Assembly (NCBI RefSeq): GCF_006345805.1
Contig: NC_043000.1
Span: 44,826,001 to 44,890,000, forward strand
Source of the DNA: Octopus sinensis
Taxonomy: Eukaryota
Length of the DNA: 64,000 nucleotides
Reading direction: 5' to 3'
The position numbers and the translations under genes are program-made. Below the pieces are notes generated by a model. It was not told where the DNA came from, searched no databases, and saw only the letters and a program-made list of their open reading frames with translations. This document shows positions 39,531 to 53,650 of this stretch, piece after piece. Position 1 is the stretch's first letter. Each line of letters opens with the position of its first letter.

Positions 39531-40069
39531 AGCAGCATATTCACAGTTTGGATCTTTACCTTTAAGTACTCCATTTTTTGGGCTCATCACGTGATGGTCG
39601 AGGCTCTCTAACTTTATTTGAGTTGTCCACCCCATCACGTGACAGACCCCCAAGCACGTCACCATCAGTTACATAAGGGGAGTCTTCCTGCTATTTTCTT
39701 CAGTTAGGTGTTTTTTTGCGCGTTGGAGTTCGGATCTTCGGCAGAGAGCAGTTACTTCGCAAGTAGCCTCAGCAGCACCTTTGATGCGTATGTTGTTTGT
39801 GTCCATCAGCAGGAAGTATGTTTCGAATGTCTTATTCCTGTTCTATCCTGCATACATCATGATTATGTACCATCTGCATGTTAAAGCATTGTGTATATAT
39901 TCTGACCGTACCCTCAAGATGTATCTCTACAGCTTTGCCGTCTCAAAGCTTCTCTAACGGGTTGAGTAAATCGTCGTACTAAAACTTGGTTTCCTCTTTC
40001 TTCGTTTATCTATACACGCAGCTTTACTCCATCCAGCATTATTTATCAACTGAATCTTCAGCTGTTAAT

Positions 40070-40095
40070 ACATACATACATACATTTACATGTAT

Positions 40096-40164
<69 letters not shown>

Positions 40165-40314
40165 CACATATATATATATATTTATATATATGTATATACA
40201 TACATAAATATATATATATATATGTATATGTATATATATATTATTTATTCATTCATTTATATATATATACACATATATATATATATATATATGTATATAC
40301 ATACATAAATATAT

Positions 40315-40365
<51 letters not shown>

Positions 40366-40390
40366 TTATTTATTCATTCATTTATATATA
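40070..40390. repeat. Long interrupted (TA)n tract
   Basis: Direct reading. Confidence 0.95.
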
Positions 40391-40889
40391 CATATTCTGA
40401 AGTCTTCGACGGAATTGGCTTTACCAGTATTGGAGATGAAATCTAAGGCTGGTGATTATTTAGATAGTAACAACTATAAACGTTATAATATGCCTTGTGT
40501 AGCATTAAACGTCATAAACAAGACTCCTCTCACCCAGCTATATTGCTGAAGAGTGTACATGACAACATTAGTATAGGTATGGCAAAATTCACTTTCAGGA
40601 GAAAGAATTTCTAACAATGCACACTCATATTAGCACAGTATCTAAAGTGTCAACTTTCTAACAGAATCCTTCTGTCATTGAACTAGTGGCAGAATTTTTC
40701 CATCTGTTTGTTTGCCGTGGATTTTAAATTATGTTAAATTATGCTAAATTTCATTGATTGTCAAATTCATGTACTCATCTGAAGAAAACGTTTCTTTCTA
40801 TAATGATTATAATTTACTCGTTAATTAAAGAAATTCTTTAGAAACAGCCGCAATGAATTGACACTGGTTCTTCAATTGTTACTTATATA

Positions 40890-41990
40890 CAGGGGTTGGA
40901 CAAAATAATGGAAACACCTATCATCATAGCATCATAATCTTCAAATATCTATAAAACTGTGAAAAGCTTGTTTATTATGATTTTTATTTATTATTAGTGC
41001 TGCTTCATTTGTTTTGCTAAAATTGCTGTTTCTTTTCAGATATCATCAGAAAAAATTAATTAAAATTCATTAAAATGACAGATCTATCGGACTTTCAAAG
41101 AGGTCAAATTGTTGTTGGTCGTATGGCAGGCGCTAGCGTAACGAAAACAGCCGAAATGTTTGGTGTATCAAGAAGTACTGTCTTAAAGGAATGACAGACT
41201 TTGAGAAAGAAAGAAAAAACTCCTCATCGAGACAAAACTCCGGAAGAAAGCCAAAACTTTTAGATAGGGGCCGTCGGATTCTTACACGAATTATTAGAAA
41301 AGATCACAAAAGTACAGCACCCAAAATTACTGCAGAGATTAACAACCACCTCGACAACCTAGTTTCCACTAAAAGTGTTCACCAGGAGCTGCACAAAGCC
41401 AGATTTCACGGGAGGGCTGCAATCAGAAGACCACTTCTTTCAAAAACTAACGTTGCAAAGCGTTTAGAGTGGAGTAAAAACCTACAGAATTGGTCTCTAG
41501 AGCAGTGGAAGAATCTTATTTTCTTGAGCGAATCATCCTTTACCTTATTTCCGACCACCGACCGAGTATACATGTGGAGACAGCCAAAAGAAGCATATGA
41601 CCCAGACTGCCTTCTTCCAACTTTTAAACATGGAAGAGGATCTGTGATGATCTGGGGGCGGCTATATCATGGAAATCCACCGACCCAGTATTTCCCTTCA
41701 TGGTAGAATTAATAGTCAAGACTATTTAAGCATTTTATCTAATCAAATAAATCTTATGGTTGTTACAGCTAAAGTTGTTACTGAATGGCACAAGGAACAT
41801 TCTCGTGATGTTGAACACCTTATCTGTTTTAACTGAAGAATGAACAAAAATTCCTTTGGAAACAATTCAAGCTTTGTACAAGTCCATACCTCTCAGAATT
41901 CAGGCTGTAATTACTGCGTCGGTCCTACCCTATATTAAAATAGATTTGTTTGAAATTTTATGGTGTTTTCATTATTTTGTCCAACCCCTG
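40890..41990 (+). mobile_element. Tc1-family transposon, defective
   Basis: 29-bp TIRs caggggttggacaaaataatg(g/a)aaacacc with 1 mismatch and TA flanks; transposase from ATG 41075 (MTDLSDFQRGQIV..SGRKPKL..RLEW..GSVMIWG) with frameshifts and deletions. Confidence 0.95.
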
Positions 41991-42444
41991 TATATATGTG
42001 TGAGTGTGAGTGTCTGTGTGCGTGTGTGTGTGTACAGAACGAGAATAATGGAAAGAAATGGAAGTAGATATATAACGTATTTTATCTTGATCAGAAAATA
42101 TATATGAAATATAAACATCATGTATAAAACTCGGTTTGTTTGTCCGTGTCCCAGAATAAGTTTCCGTTACATTTTTATTTATCGCCCTGTCGTATAATTC
42201 TTCTATATATTAATTGATTTGTTTTCTCATCACTTTTTCTGTTGTGGAAATTAAGAAGGCCGAGAGATGTAATTTTAAATATCTTCGTGCTTTCTATACT
42301 TTTTATAAATATATGCTAGTATACTTTCTGTGCTCTGAAAATGAGTGATTGATCACTGATGAAGAGGTAAATAAAGGTCAGAACTACTAAGATCTCTCTT
42401 AGTTTGCCTACAGTAATAAAAACCTATGGACAGTTTATTTTTCA

Positions 42445-42515
42445 TGTATATATATATATATATATATATACATACAAACATACATATATATATATATATT
42501 TATATATAATAACAC

Positions 42516-42558
<43 letters not shown>

Positions 42559-42570
42559 AGTGTATATACA

Positions 42571-42611
<41 letters not shown>

Positions 42612-42680
42612 TATATGCGCTCCCACACATACGCACACATATATATGCATAGGGAAAGAGAGAGAGAAAGAAAGAGATGG
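42445..42680. repeat. (TA)n-rich microsatellite
   Basis: Direct reading. Confidence 0.93.
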
Positions 42681-43639
42681 AGAGAAAGTGATATACTGTC
42701 ATATAGGCATGTTCGTGTGTCTCTGAGAAGAAAACTTAATTTTAAAATGAAACAAATTTATCGGTTTTCTTACTATTTGATGAATGTCAAGTCCCTTTGA
42801 ATATTGAAAATAATTGCCTTCAGTCATGTAATTTTCTCATATTTTCTTTTCACCCCCGTGAAGATGGTTGTATGCAATATAACTTTAATTACCTTGTAAA
42901 CATATGAAGATTTACTATGAGAGAACAGGCTTAAATTTTTTCAAGCACTCTATATTCAGTTTGTATCTGTTTCTATACTGTCTCGAAGCCATGTTGTTTA
43001 TTTCAATGTATTACGTAAACAGGCTCTTTTTGTGAGAGAAATCATGTAGAAAAACATTAATAACTTATTTCTGATAGAGAATAACCATAGAGTTTTAAAT
43101 CGATTCCAGTTTTTTGACCAATGGTCTATTACTTCAACATCTGAAACCGGTAAGTAAAATATCGAATGTAAAATTTAACGACAAATTGTCCAATAATAAT
43201 ACGATTCAAAACACTATCATTATTATCATCATTATTATTGAGTGAAAAAGCAGAACGCACCATCAAAATGACGCTGGGATACAAATATACAAAGCCCAAT
43301 ATACCAATCACGTCTACCCTTCTGAATAGGGAACACTAGTCAAATGCATGACAAACATAGGTTCACGACATAGTTACCTCAAATCAATATAATCAACCCA
43401 TGGCCTTGTAGGTGGGAACTAGTTATATATTTCTCTAGGTCGAGTAATCCATCCCGCTCAAAAGATCCCTGAATAAGGTTTGTTTAAGGATGACGATCGA
43501 AGCACCGATGTTTCCAGAAATGAATTATTCAAACCCCAAAGAATCCCCCTCAAAACATGGCTACGATGCTCCCTACTTGTGATCAGAGATGCACATATCG
43601 TCAAACACTAAAGAACATGCTCAACTTGTTAAGACCGAT

Positions 43640-44300
43640 CGATGGCTAAAAGTGATTAAAACCGGAAATGGAGGCTCTAATCTATGCTGCCCAAGAGCAA
43701 ACATTAAGAAACAATACATCAAATACAGAATAGACAACACATCAGAAAGTGGTAAGTGCAGAATTTGTGGACAAATGGGGAAACCGTTTGGCATATTATC
43801 AGTCAATGTACGCCACTAGCCCAGAAATAATATAGCAAGGATTGTCCATTGGACACTTTGCAACAAGTATGAACTTAGAGCAAAAAAGTGGTAAAACATA
43901 ACCTCAAGGCACTATCGAAAATGATAATGCAAAGATTCTATGGAATTTTATGATTCAGTGCGACCATGAAATAGAGAATATGACACCAGTCATAGTGTTA
44001 ATTGAGAAAGAAAGCAAATTATGCTGAATCATAGACATAGCATGCCCAGCTGGCAACAAGTCATGCGATAAGGAATAATGAAATGTCAATAGATATTACA
44101 GGTTAGCTTGGGAGGTTAAGCAGATGTGGTCGCTGAAAAAGGTGGTAGTAGTAACAATATTTGACGGAGCTCTTGGAACAGTGAGTAAAATTCTTGAGAA
44201 GTACATGGAACAAACAGGGGCTGCAATACGAGTGGAGCACTTGCAGAAAACAGCAGTGCTTGGAACCGCTGGAATACTCTAGATGGTGCTCGAAAAATAA
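43640..44300 (+). mobile_element. R4/Dong-like 3' fragment (CCHC knuckle, RLE)
   Basis: EALIYAAQEQ..KCRICGQ/GETVWHIISQC..KILWNF..IIDIACP..LQKTAVLGTAGIL. Confidence 0.88.
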
Positions 44301-44648
44301 TGTGTTTTACCGCAGTTCACTGGTAGTGTACAGATTAAAAACAAATTACCAGATCAGGAACAAATATATGTCGTAATGAAAACGTAAGAAGACTTACGCA
44401 TAATATTGTCTACACAACAATAGTGTAAATATTGATATGTTACCTATATAAGAAGTACAGATTTAATTAATATTTGCTTATCACTGATTTTGTAAAGTAT
44501 CTGCATAAATAAGAATATGTAAATATATTATCAAATTAAATATTTTGAGTATTTCTCAAACAAGAGTTGAATTAAATTGAAATGTTATTCTAAACATAGC
44601 ATCGTTTTTTCGTTATTGGCGGGTCATGTACTTGTAATAATAATGATG

Positions 44649-44706
<58 letters not shown>

Positions 44707-44717
44707 TACTACTAATA

Positions 44718-44749
<32 letters not shown>

Positions 44750-44779
44750 AATAATAATAATATTATTATTTTTGCCTCA

Positions 44780-44966
44780 GGAGAAGCTTGTGGGAAGGGA
44801 TTAAGTACATCGACTCTAGTTCGTAAGTGGTACGTATTTAATCGATCACGAAATGATGAAAGGCTAATTCGACCTCGGTGGAGTATGAACTCAGAACGTC
44901 GCGACGGAAGAAATAACGCTAAGCATTTCGCCCGGCGTGCTAACGATTCTGCCAGCTCGCCGCCTT
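44780..44966 (-). mobile_element. Family A SINE
   Basis: ttctgccagctcgccgcc head; flanked by trinucleotide repeats. Confidence 0.85.
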
Positions 44967-45049
44967 GAAGAAGAAGAAGAAGAAGAAATTTTGTGAAACT
45001 ACAATACTGATAACCAAGAAAGCCGCCTATCAATGGTAGAGGAGTTCGA

Positions 45050-45715
45050 GATTGAAAGCAAAAGCTGAAGGCTTCATCTTGGTGATACAAGTCCTAAAAT
45101 ATTTTACCAGAAATCACACGGTTAATATTCTTAAAAACAGTTCTGACACCAAAAACAGGTTTTGCAGCAAATTGGATGAAAAAATAGACCATCTATTTTC
45201 TGACTACCCTCTACTAATGCCAAATGAATATACAAATCGCCTCGATAGAATAAGGCTAATTTTACATTGGAAAATATGTAGGCATTACCAAATGGATTCA
45301 CCTGCCAAAACATTCTGAGGCAGGGGCTGAAGGTATAAAGCTTACCGGTTGCCATCCTTTGGGATTTTGCTGTCAAGACTGAAAGAACAATGCATGCTAA
45401 TCGATCCGGTATAGCCAGTAGAGAAAGGAAAGTAAAATACTTTTAAAGTGATAGATGTAAGTGTCCCCATTGATAAGAATATATCTCTCCAGGAATTTTA
45501 GAAACTCTGTAAATATACAGACTTGAAAATTGAACAACAGATGTGGTATCTTAAAGTGAAAGCACTACACAATTATTGCAGGTGCTTTTAGTATGATTAA
45601 AAGAGAGCTCAGAAACATCTAGATAAAATTGCGGAAGAAACTTATCTCAAAGAAATCCAGGAGATTGCATTGAGAAGTGCCGTTTACATCTTTGGAAAAA
45701 GCACTATCAACTTAC
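45050..45715 (+). mobile_element. R4/Dong-like 3' fragment, different subfamily
   Basis: LKAKAEGFILVIQ..LHWKICRHY..ILWDF..VIDVSVP..KYTDLKIE..EIQEIAL. Confidence 0.85.
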
Positions 45716-45869
45716 ATGTTTTGTATTTTGTTATATAATATGAATGCCTTCCTGTACTATCCTCCCCACTTTCCTTTCTCAAAGGCTCAATTTTTTATCT
45801 AAACATCTCTTAACCTTCATTTGCTTTATGGAGCTGGGTGTGACTCGGCAAGTGATTCATTAACAATCA

Positions 45870-45880
45870 AAATAATAACA

Positions 45881-45913
<33 letters not shown>

Positions 45914-46138
45914 TAGACCACGATGACGATGATGACGATGATGACGATGATGATGACGATGATGAGGACGACGAAGATGATGATGATGATGATGATGATG
46001 ACGACGACAACCAATCCGACAACGACCACGTTAATGACGACCACGGTGACGACCACGATGACGACCACGATGACGACGACTACGATGATAATGATAGACA
46101 GCACCACCACCACCAAATATTATTATTATTATTATTGA

Positions 46139-46176
<38 letters not shown>

Positions 46177-46275
46177 TATTATTATTATTATTATTAATAT
46201 CATTATTATTATTGATATTATTATTATTATTGTTATTGTTGTTGTTGTTGTTGTTTTTGTTGTTTTTGTTGTTTT
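45870..46275. repeat. (GAT/GAC)n, (ATT)n and (GTT)n block
   Basis: Direct reading. Confidence 0.93.
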
Positions 46276-46479
46276 ATAATAATATCAATGAGGGAACTGG
46301 ATGACCAAACAAGTTAATTTGGGGATAGCTTATCAAACGAAGTTTAAGAATAAAACATCAATAGAAAATGTTCTGATTCATAATATTATCTGTGATAACA
46401 TAAAAGATAGCATCACTTCCATATTTATACATGGTATTGTTGTCGCAGAAATGTTTGATGGAAAGAAAGTGGTAAAGGA

Positions 46480-49050
46480 AGGACCAAGAGGCAACCAGTT
46501 GGAAAAGGCAGATGATAAAGATTAGCAGACTATTAAATATATAAGTAAACTGGACGTGTAAAAGCAGGGTAAAATAATCGAAAGGCAGATTAGAGGAAAT
46601 GTATCACACAAGAAAAAATGGCATTAGAATAACAATCAAAATGTGAAAGCTGACAATAAAATACTAAGCAAATAACAAAATCAGTATAAGCAATATTGGG
46701 CTTTTCATTCAACTCAGAAATGCCTGTTTGATATTCTTAAAGGTTATGAGATATATGATAAGACTATATGATGAAGAATGCAAGTTATTTCGGGGGTAGA
46801 TTTGTAGAAAATGCCAAATACAATAATAAAGGAAAGTGGATAATGCAAGACATAAATTACTCTAAAAATATTGAGTCACAAATAAATTTTATCATCCTGA
46901 AAGCAAATTTTCTAAGCAATTAAATAAAAGGTAAGAAAATGGAAAGCAGCCGGAGCAGATCCTGTCCATGCTTACTGGCCGAAAAGTTTACGATCCTTCA
47001 TTAAACTATACTGTTATATCTTGAGTACATAACAAAGAGGGAAGTACCACCGCATTTAATAAAAGAAAGAACCTGCCTCATACCGAACGTCAATTTGAAG
47101 GGAAACACGTCCTCAGATTATCGACCAGTTACGTATATATCGCTTATGAGCTAACTTCTAACAATGATAGTTGCTGAAGATATATGACAAAGCTTTTATG
47201 AGAAATACCTTATGGTTGGTGATTAGAAAAGCTGACACAAAAGGAGCAATGGACAAAAAAATCACATTTAACAATGAAGGCGTTGACCTTAAGGAATTGC
47301 TTGAAACGATTAACAAATCACTGAAATATATGGAAGTCCTATAGAAAATGTTTGGCCTAAACCTACATTGTGTGCATAGAACTGTTGGAAACTCAAACAA
47401 ATTTGGCTACTTTTACAAAATGCAATGCAGCAATATCAAGTTAACACCAAGAAGAGAAAGTCTGGTAGATATACTAATCGGGAGGCAATCAGCTCAAGAG
47501 TAAAGTATATCTTTCATCTTGTGTGTAATTTAATTGGTTTCTCTGACGAGTATACTAAAGGAGGCTGAGAATCTATTTTTACTTAATGAGAAATCAAGAA
47601 CAGGGAATTATCTATTGCTGAATGGTTTAAAGCTTTTGGACAAAAACAAGAACAAAATGGCTTCCTTAGTTTATACTATTTACGTATTTAGTAACGATAT
47701 TGGGATGTGTTTCAGAATTGCAAAACGTTCTTGAATAGAGATTAAGCAGGAGAATTCCATAGAATTTACAGAAATGAATATACCAAGTGATGTTAATATA
47801 ACATTATGCAATATCGGAGAATATAAATTCCTGAGAAAATTGGAAAATGAAAATATCGAAATACAAAAAAAAGTCTTCAATAAAAATCTTCTTTTTTTAG
47901 AATGGAGCTTTTAATTTCAAAGTCGGATGCAGAAATCATCATACAAGCAGCCTACCTGAGTTTAGTTTCACCAATAAGGTAAAGAGCGGGAATGTTTGTT
48001 TACAAGATGGATAAGATGAAAAACGTTTACAGAACATGAGGAAGCAAATTATGATAAGCGAAATGGCAAACTTGATCATATTGGCTAGTTTTGCAAGAAA
48101 ATAAAATGGGAAAGAGTTTTATTACAGACCAAAAATAATAGAACTAAAGAAGATATATCTAGGTTTCTATCTACAAGAAGAAATATAGTGCACTTTCTCT
48201 AGAGATGTATTGAAGAACTATTTACAAATGAGAAAACAACAAAATATATAACATGAAATAAAACTACGAAGGGAAAATCTTCATTTAGGAATTCTCAAAT
48301 CAAAATGAATATTGAAAAACAAACACAGTTTGTTCTTATCAAAAACAGGTGCATTGAAGAAAATGAGAAAGGGAATGATTTGGGAAGCACGGGAACATAA
48401 TCTAAGGGTGTACTGAATCAAAGCTATAATCGATCAGAAAATCTGTTGAAGCGAAATATAGAATGTGTGATGACCAGAAAAGACCTTAGCTCACACAGTG
48501 CTTCCAGTGTTTACAATTAGCTCAGAATGAGTTCAAAACGTTTGGACGCGATAAAGTTGCACCAAAATTTCGATGAAAGTTTGGCAAGAAATTCAGTGTT
48601 ACATGCACAGGAAAAAGATATGACTATTTCATGAGAATATATATGAAAATCATCAAAAACGATAAAGTGAGATAATAATAGGAGTTCCTTACACAACACA
48701 ACAACCCGGATATTGTAGCTGTTGATAAAAAAAAATGTATATTGTAATTGCTGTGGCACATACATTTTATTCCAGGATAAAGAAAAAGTATATAAATATA
48801 GCGTCAGGATGTATGGAAAACGCAAATGCAGGAACCAAAATGTTAATTATGTTAATTCATATGAGGGCTTGGCTATAGTGACAAAAATTCTCAGTGCAAA
48901 TATTGTAGCACTTTATCTGAAACTAGGAATGTGAACATTACAGTAAACATGTCTTCTAGGTAAGGTAAGAATTTTCTGGGAATAACTCGATGAAGTGTTT
49001 GAACTGATAAGAAAAATGTGAGCTATCTTTCAAATAGAAAATATAAAATG
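46480..49050 (+). mobile_element. Long, heavily decayed R4/Dong-like element
   Basis: QYKQYWAFHSTQK; RTCLIP..DYRPVT; NYLLLNGLKLL..SNDIGMCF; NNPDIVAVDKK, in the expected domain order. Confidence 0.8.
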
Positions 49051-49519
49051 TTTCTCGTTCTATCACACTAGATATGATATGACAGGAAGCATAGATAAAC
49101 TGGTCGCATAAGAACAGCTAGTATGGTAATGTAGGCTGCAGGGAGCAAACCCGCTGTCCTTACAAGACTCCAGAAGTTGCTATAAAACCAAAGTTAAAAA
49201 GAAGAACAACAACAAATACGACGACGATGATGGTGATAGTGCTTTCTTTGTTAACAATTAAAGGTTCACAATAAACGCTGGGGTGGATGCAGGACAATAC
49301 AATGTGGTGCTGCGTAAAGAAGTGAGTAAAAAGTAGAAAAAGGTGATGAAATAAATTCTACAGATAAAAGATTATCCAAAAGAAGGAGGAAGTTCTAGAG
49401 TTGCACTTAGAAAACACACGAAACAACGGTCACCGTGACCACTATGGTAAGTCCCTTATATACAACATCTTTCTTCAATCTTAGGGTAAGTCCGTTCACT
49501 TGGACCATTACTGTTATAT

Positions 49520-49579
<60 letters not shown>

Positions 49580-49592
49580 TAATAATAATAAT

Positions 49593-49865
49593 ATGAGAAT
49601 GATCCCTGGCTTACCATCCCTGCAAGAAGTGCAAAAGATTGTCTTAACTGGTACATCACACGTATTGAGAAGAGCATTGGCGATGTGAGAACTATTGCTG
49701 CTCATGTATTTTAATTTAACTTTAAAAAAAAAAAGAAAGAAAATGAACGAACTACTGAGTTTGGTTTAATGGCCTACCAATGTATACTATGAGTTTCTTT
49801 GCCCTAGGAGTCGGAAAGACACTCGGCAAGAAATGGAAGCAAATTTGAAAGAAGAAAAAAAAAGT
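49593..49865 (+). mobile_element. Short 3' end of an R4/Dong-like element in (AAT)n
   Basis: MIPGLPSLQEVQKIVLTGTSHVLRRALAM* plus 3' UTR, (AAT)n on both sides. Confidence 0.85.
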
Positions 49866-49895
49866 AATAATAATAATAATAATATAATAATAATA

Positions 49896-49954
<59 letters not shown>

Positions 49955-49967
49955 AATAATGATGATG

Positions 49968-50061
<94 letters not shown>
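49866..50061. repeat. (AAT)n(GAT)n(AAT)n tract
   Basis: Direct reading. Confidence 0.96.
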
Positions 50062-50063
<2 letters not shown>

Positions 50064-50560
50064 GCAAAAAGGAGAAATGAAGAAAATGAATACCAAGACC
50101 AGAAAAATGCTGACAGTACACAGAGCATTCCACCCTAAGAATGACTTGTCCAGAAGAAACGGGGGGAGAGGGTTGATCCTTTGCCAGGACTGTATCGAAG
50201 CAGAGGCAAGCATCTTAGGGTGGTATATAAAAAATTCCGTGGAGCCACTGCTGAAACACACGGATAAGGCCAGTGTCATCAAAACTGAAGATTGTGTAAC
50301 TAAAGAAAATTTAGACAAGAAATGAACAAAACGGAAGGAAAAGCATGAAAGGAAAAGAAAATGTACAGTCAGTTTGCAAGAGATGTGAACGCCAAGGCAG
50401 ACAGAAAACCGGTGGCTATAGATGAAGTGGAGTGACCTGAAGATAAAGACAAGAGCACTCATATGTGCACCTCAGAAACATGCGTTAAGGACCTATTTTA
50501 TGAAGTGCAGAATGGACAGCATTCCGATAGTAACAAATAGAGAATGTGAGGTGAGAAGGG
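50062..50560 (+). mobile_element. R4/Dong-like internal (thumb) fragment
   Basis: KTRKMLTVHRAFHP..RRNGGRGL..EPLLK..RALICAPQKHALRT. Confidence 0.85.
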
Positions 50561-51491
50561 TGAAATTTTTATTCTTCAAAATACATACGGTAGAGATGCA
50601 TAACATTACCAGGGCGTTCCATCCATAAACTTTGTAAAAAACATTTTGAGTAACAGACCTCCTTTTGGCTTCCGTTTTTCTTTTTATTCTTTTCTTGTTT
50701 TTACCAGTTTTGAATTTTGAAAAGTGAAACTTAATGATCTCAGTTTTGTCACACATGGAACATTGGGTAGTCTAGATGAACTGTTGAATTTCTGCATTCC
50801 CGTGACTTTCTCTTTGTCTTACTTTACACTTGAAGAAGACAAATGGACTGTAGAAATAGTGTTTAATGAAAAGTCACTATGTGTTTTATTACCTACAGTG
50901 CTCTTCTAATTGTATATTTACTTTCATTAATATTTTCGTCAATCTTCATAAGTTATAAAAAGTAATCACATTCGGAAGGTAATTGATTTTATGTGGCACT
51001 GCATAAGAACTGGAATGTATTGTTCTGGCTGTTTCCACAAGAGTTAGTTGTTCAAAGAGAAGTATAATAATAATACAGGATTTTCGTTTTGTTCTTTTTC
51101 ACAGCTTGCTTGTCAGCCCTGTCAATTTCGCTAGATGCCAGCGTTGAACCAATTCCTGTGCCAAACGAGTGTTTTGTTCTTCACTTAGGCATTGGAAAGT
51201 GAGAAACTCACAAGTCTGTCAGTTAAAAAATTCAAACGTCTTCGCACAAAAATGAAGAGTCCATTTATTATTTCTGGATACGTGAAAGAAATATAAGTTT
51301 ATACCGAATATCTCACATTAAATATACCTATGTGAGCATTGCAACTTAGCATTCATTGCTTCAAACGCTTAACCTGATCGATGAGAACAATTTATTTCTC
51401 ATAATGTCATAATGAACGTTATTATTTAACACTAGAGTTAGTATCAATTGGTGCGGATTTATACAAATGTTTAAATATCTTTGAGAAATTA

Positions 51492-51707
51492 TATTCTTTT
51501 CTACTCTTAGCACAAGCCCGGAAATTTTTGGGGAAAGGGCCAGTCGATTAGATCGACCCCAGTACGCAATTAGTACTTAATTTATCGACTCCGAAAGGAT
51601 GAAAAGTACAGTCGACCTCGGTGGAATTTGAACTCAGAATGTAAAGACAGACGAAATACAGCTAAGCATTTCGTCCAGCGTACTAACATTTCTGCCAGCT
51701 CACCGCC
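51492..51707 (-). mobile_element. Family A SINE
   Basis: Head tctgccagctcaccgcc; tail matches the second unit near 30040-30070. Confidence 0.88.
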
Positions 51708-52559
51708 TTTTTGAGCAAGCATATTCTTCACAGAAGCTTCCCTGATATTCGTATACAACCTAACACATTTTAGATATGGAATTTATTAATTCTCCTCACG
51801 TCATACATTGTTCATTCACTATGCCACTGAAACAATTTTTTTCGGAGACGTCAATGTATATTTCAGTCTAAATTTTTCCGTTTTACATGAGCTAACAGCA
51901 TTACTTTGCACAAAAAAACCTAACTCCTACAATTCAAAAAGTTCAAATAAATATCCATAAAGCTGGCCCATGCGGTTGCTCTTTTGTGGTTCCTTACACA
52001 CGCGCTTGAACCAGTCAGAAACTCTGTTTATTGGAGCGAACCAAAATACGAACACATTTCAAATTTTACTTTAAAACAGCCTATTTGTGTCAAATATGTC
52101 ACTTATTTTTTATCACTGACTCAAAAACGGGCTACTATTACATGACAAACGCCTACTAGTTGTTATAACTTCTCATATGAAAATTCACTGCACAATTTTA
52201 TCCCTTACAGATTCCGTATTTTAACTGAAGCTTACCAATAAAAATCAAAAGGTTCTCAGAAATATAATTAATGTAATATCACGAAAGATGCTAGCCCCAA
52301 ACATCTGTTGCAATAGAAAATAGTATATCTGCTAATAAGCTTAACTTAGATAAATTTATCTAAGTTAAACCTATTAGCAAGCGATATCTGTCTCAGAGCA
52401 GAGACTGTGTTTGTCGACTAGCGCTAAGAATATTGACTAAAATAAACTAACTCAATGTTTGTTTCAATTTGTCCACAAGCTTACGAAACATTTTATGAAA
52501 AACAAAAATTGTAATATGGAGGCGAAAGAATTCACTTTCGTTGAAAATGAAGATGATAA

Positions 52560-53650
52560 ACGAATCTCACATATTAGATCATAAACAACTTTAATTGGGA
52601 CGCGAATAAGATCCAGGGGAACGTTAACAGTTGCTCCTGGAATTTGTCAATGTTGTCAAATGGGTAATAGGAAAAGTACGAAACAAGTCTTAGAATAACA
52701 TCACAAATTCCCTGTGTAACATATTTCGCCATCAATCTAACAATGATTCTGTTGTTATTAAAATAGCAAATAATCTGTGTGCTATCTTCATTGTGGACAA
52801 GGACGTGTACATTTTAACTTCTAAAGAATTACATGTCGATCCAAACCACGACAACAGAAAAGAATTTGGCAAAATTATTTTGTAAATGGAGGTGAACAAC
52901 TTTATAAATATTATTGAGTATATAATTAGGCAGTGAGAGCAAAAATTGCCGTATTTTATGGCCTTCTACAAATGTTTAGAAACTTAACACTATTACGTTC
53001 AATTCGCTGTGAGTATGAAGGTTCCAGGAGTAAAATGTTTGGAACTTATTTCGTTTTTTCGTAATCATGGATACTTCTTCGACTAACCTCTAGATTGACG
53101 ATGAGTGGGTGAAAGCGTGCATAGAGACTTTTTCAAAACAAATAAACAAAAGTACTTAAAGTATTTTCCTTGGCAAATTATTGTAGTGCATATTACAAAG
53201 CAACATAATGAAAATTGGACAACGGTTTTTAACTCCAGATGAAGGGATTGGCAAGTCAAAATTTAGGCTACAGTTATTAAAGATATTTATATATTTACAT
53301 GGTAACAAATCCAATGCTATGGTTGCAGATCAATGATGACATTTTTTTATGTCTGGGAAGGAAGAGAAGTTGAAAATTTTCATTTCAGTTACAGATCACT
53401 CAAAGCTATAGGTTTTAAGACCTAAATAAAATTCTCATCCAGTTTTTCAAATACTAGCGTCCACTTCTGAAAACTAAATGAAAGCTAAATTTTCCACTTA
53501 GCAACAGAACTATTTTGCAGCATTGCATCATTCCACACTTCTTTACAATTGATCATCCATATCATATAATTAAGTCAAATCCAAATCCTAATCTTTTTTA
53601 GAATAAAACGGGTTTGTGCTGACATGTTGATTACAAGAAACAAACAAAGG
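52560..53650 (+). mobile_element. Decayed Helitron PIF1-helicase remnant
   Basis: TLIGTRIRSRGTLTVAPGI; IFIVD..DNRKEFGKIIL; INDDIF../GKEE..ISVTD; KTGLC, collinear with PIF1 motifs; many stops. Confidence 0.6.

Noticed and set aside
3820-39645. About a dozen CACGTG E-boxes
   Set aside because: Only about twice a rough composition-based expectation, scattered, with no gene to link them to.
39529-39990. TGT..ACA-bounded 145-bp LTR-like unit with an adjacent integrase-tail-like peptide (LCRRSELQRAKK)
   Set aside because: No PBS or polypurine tract in the right orientation, no second LTR, peptide match too weak.
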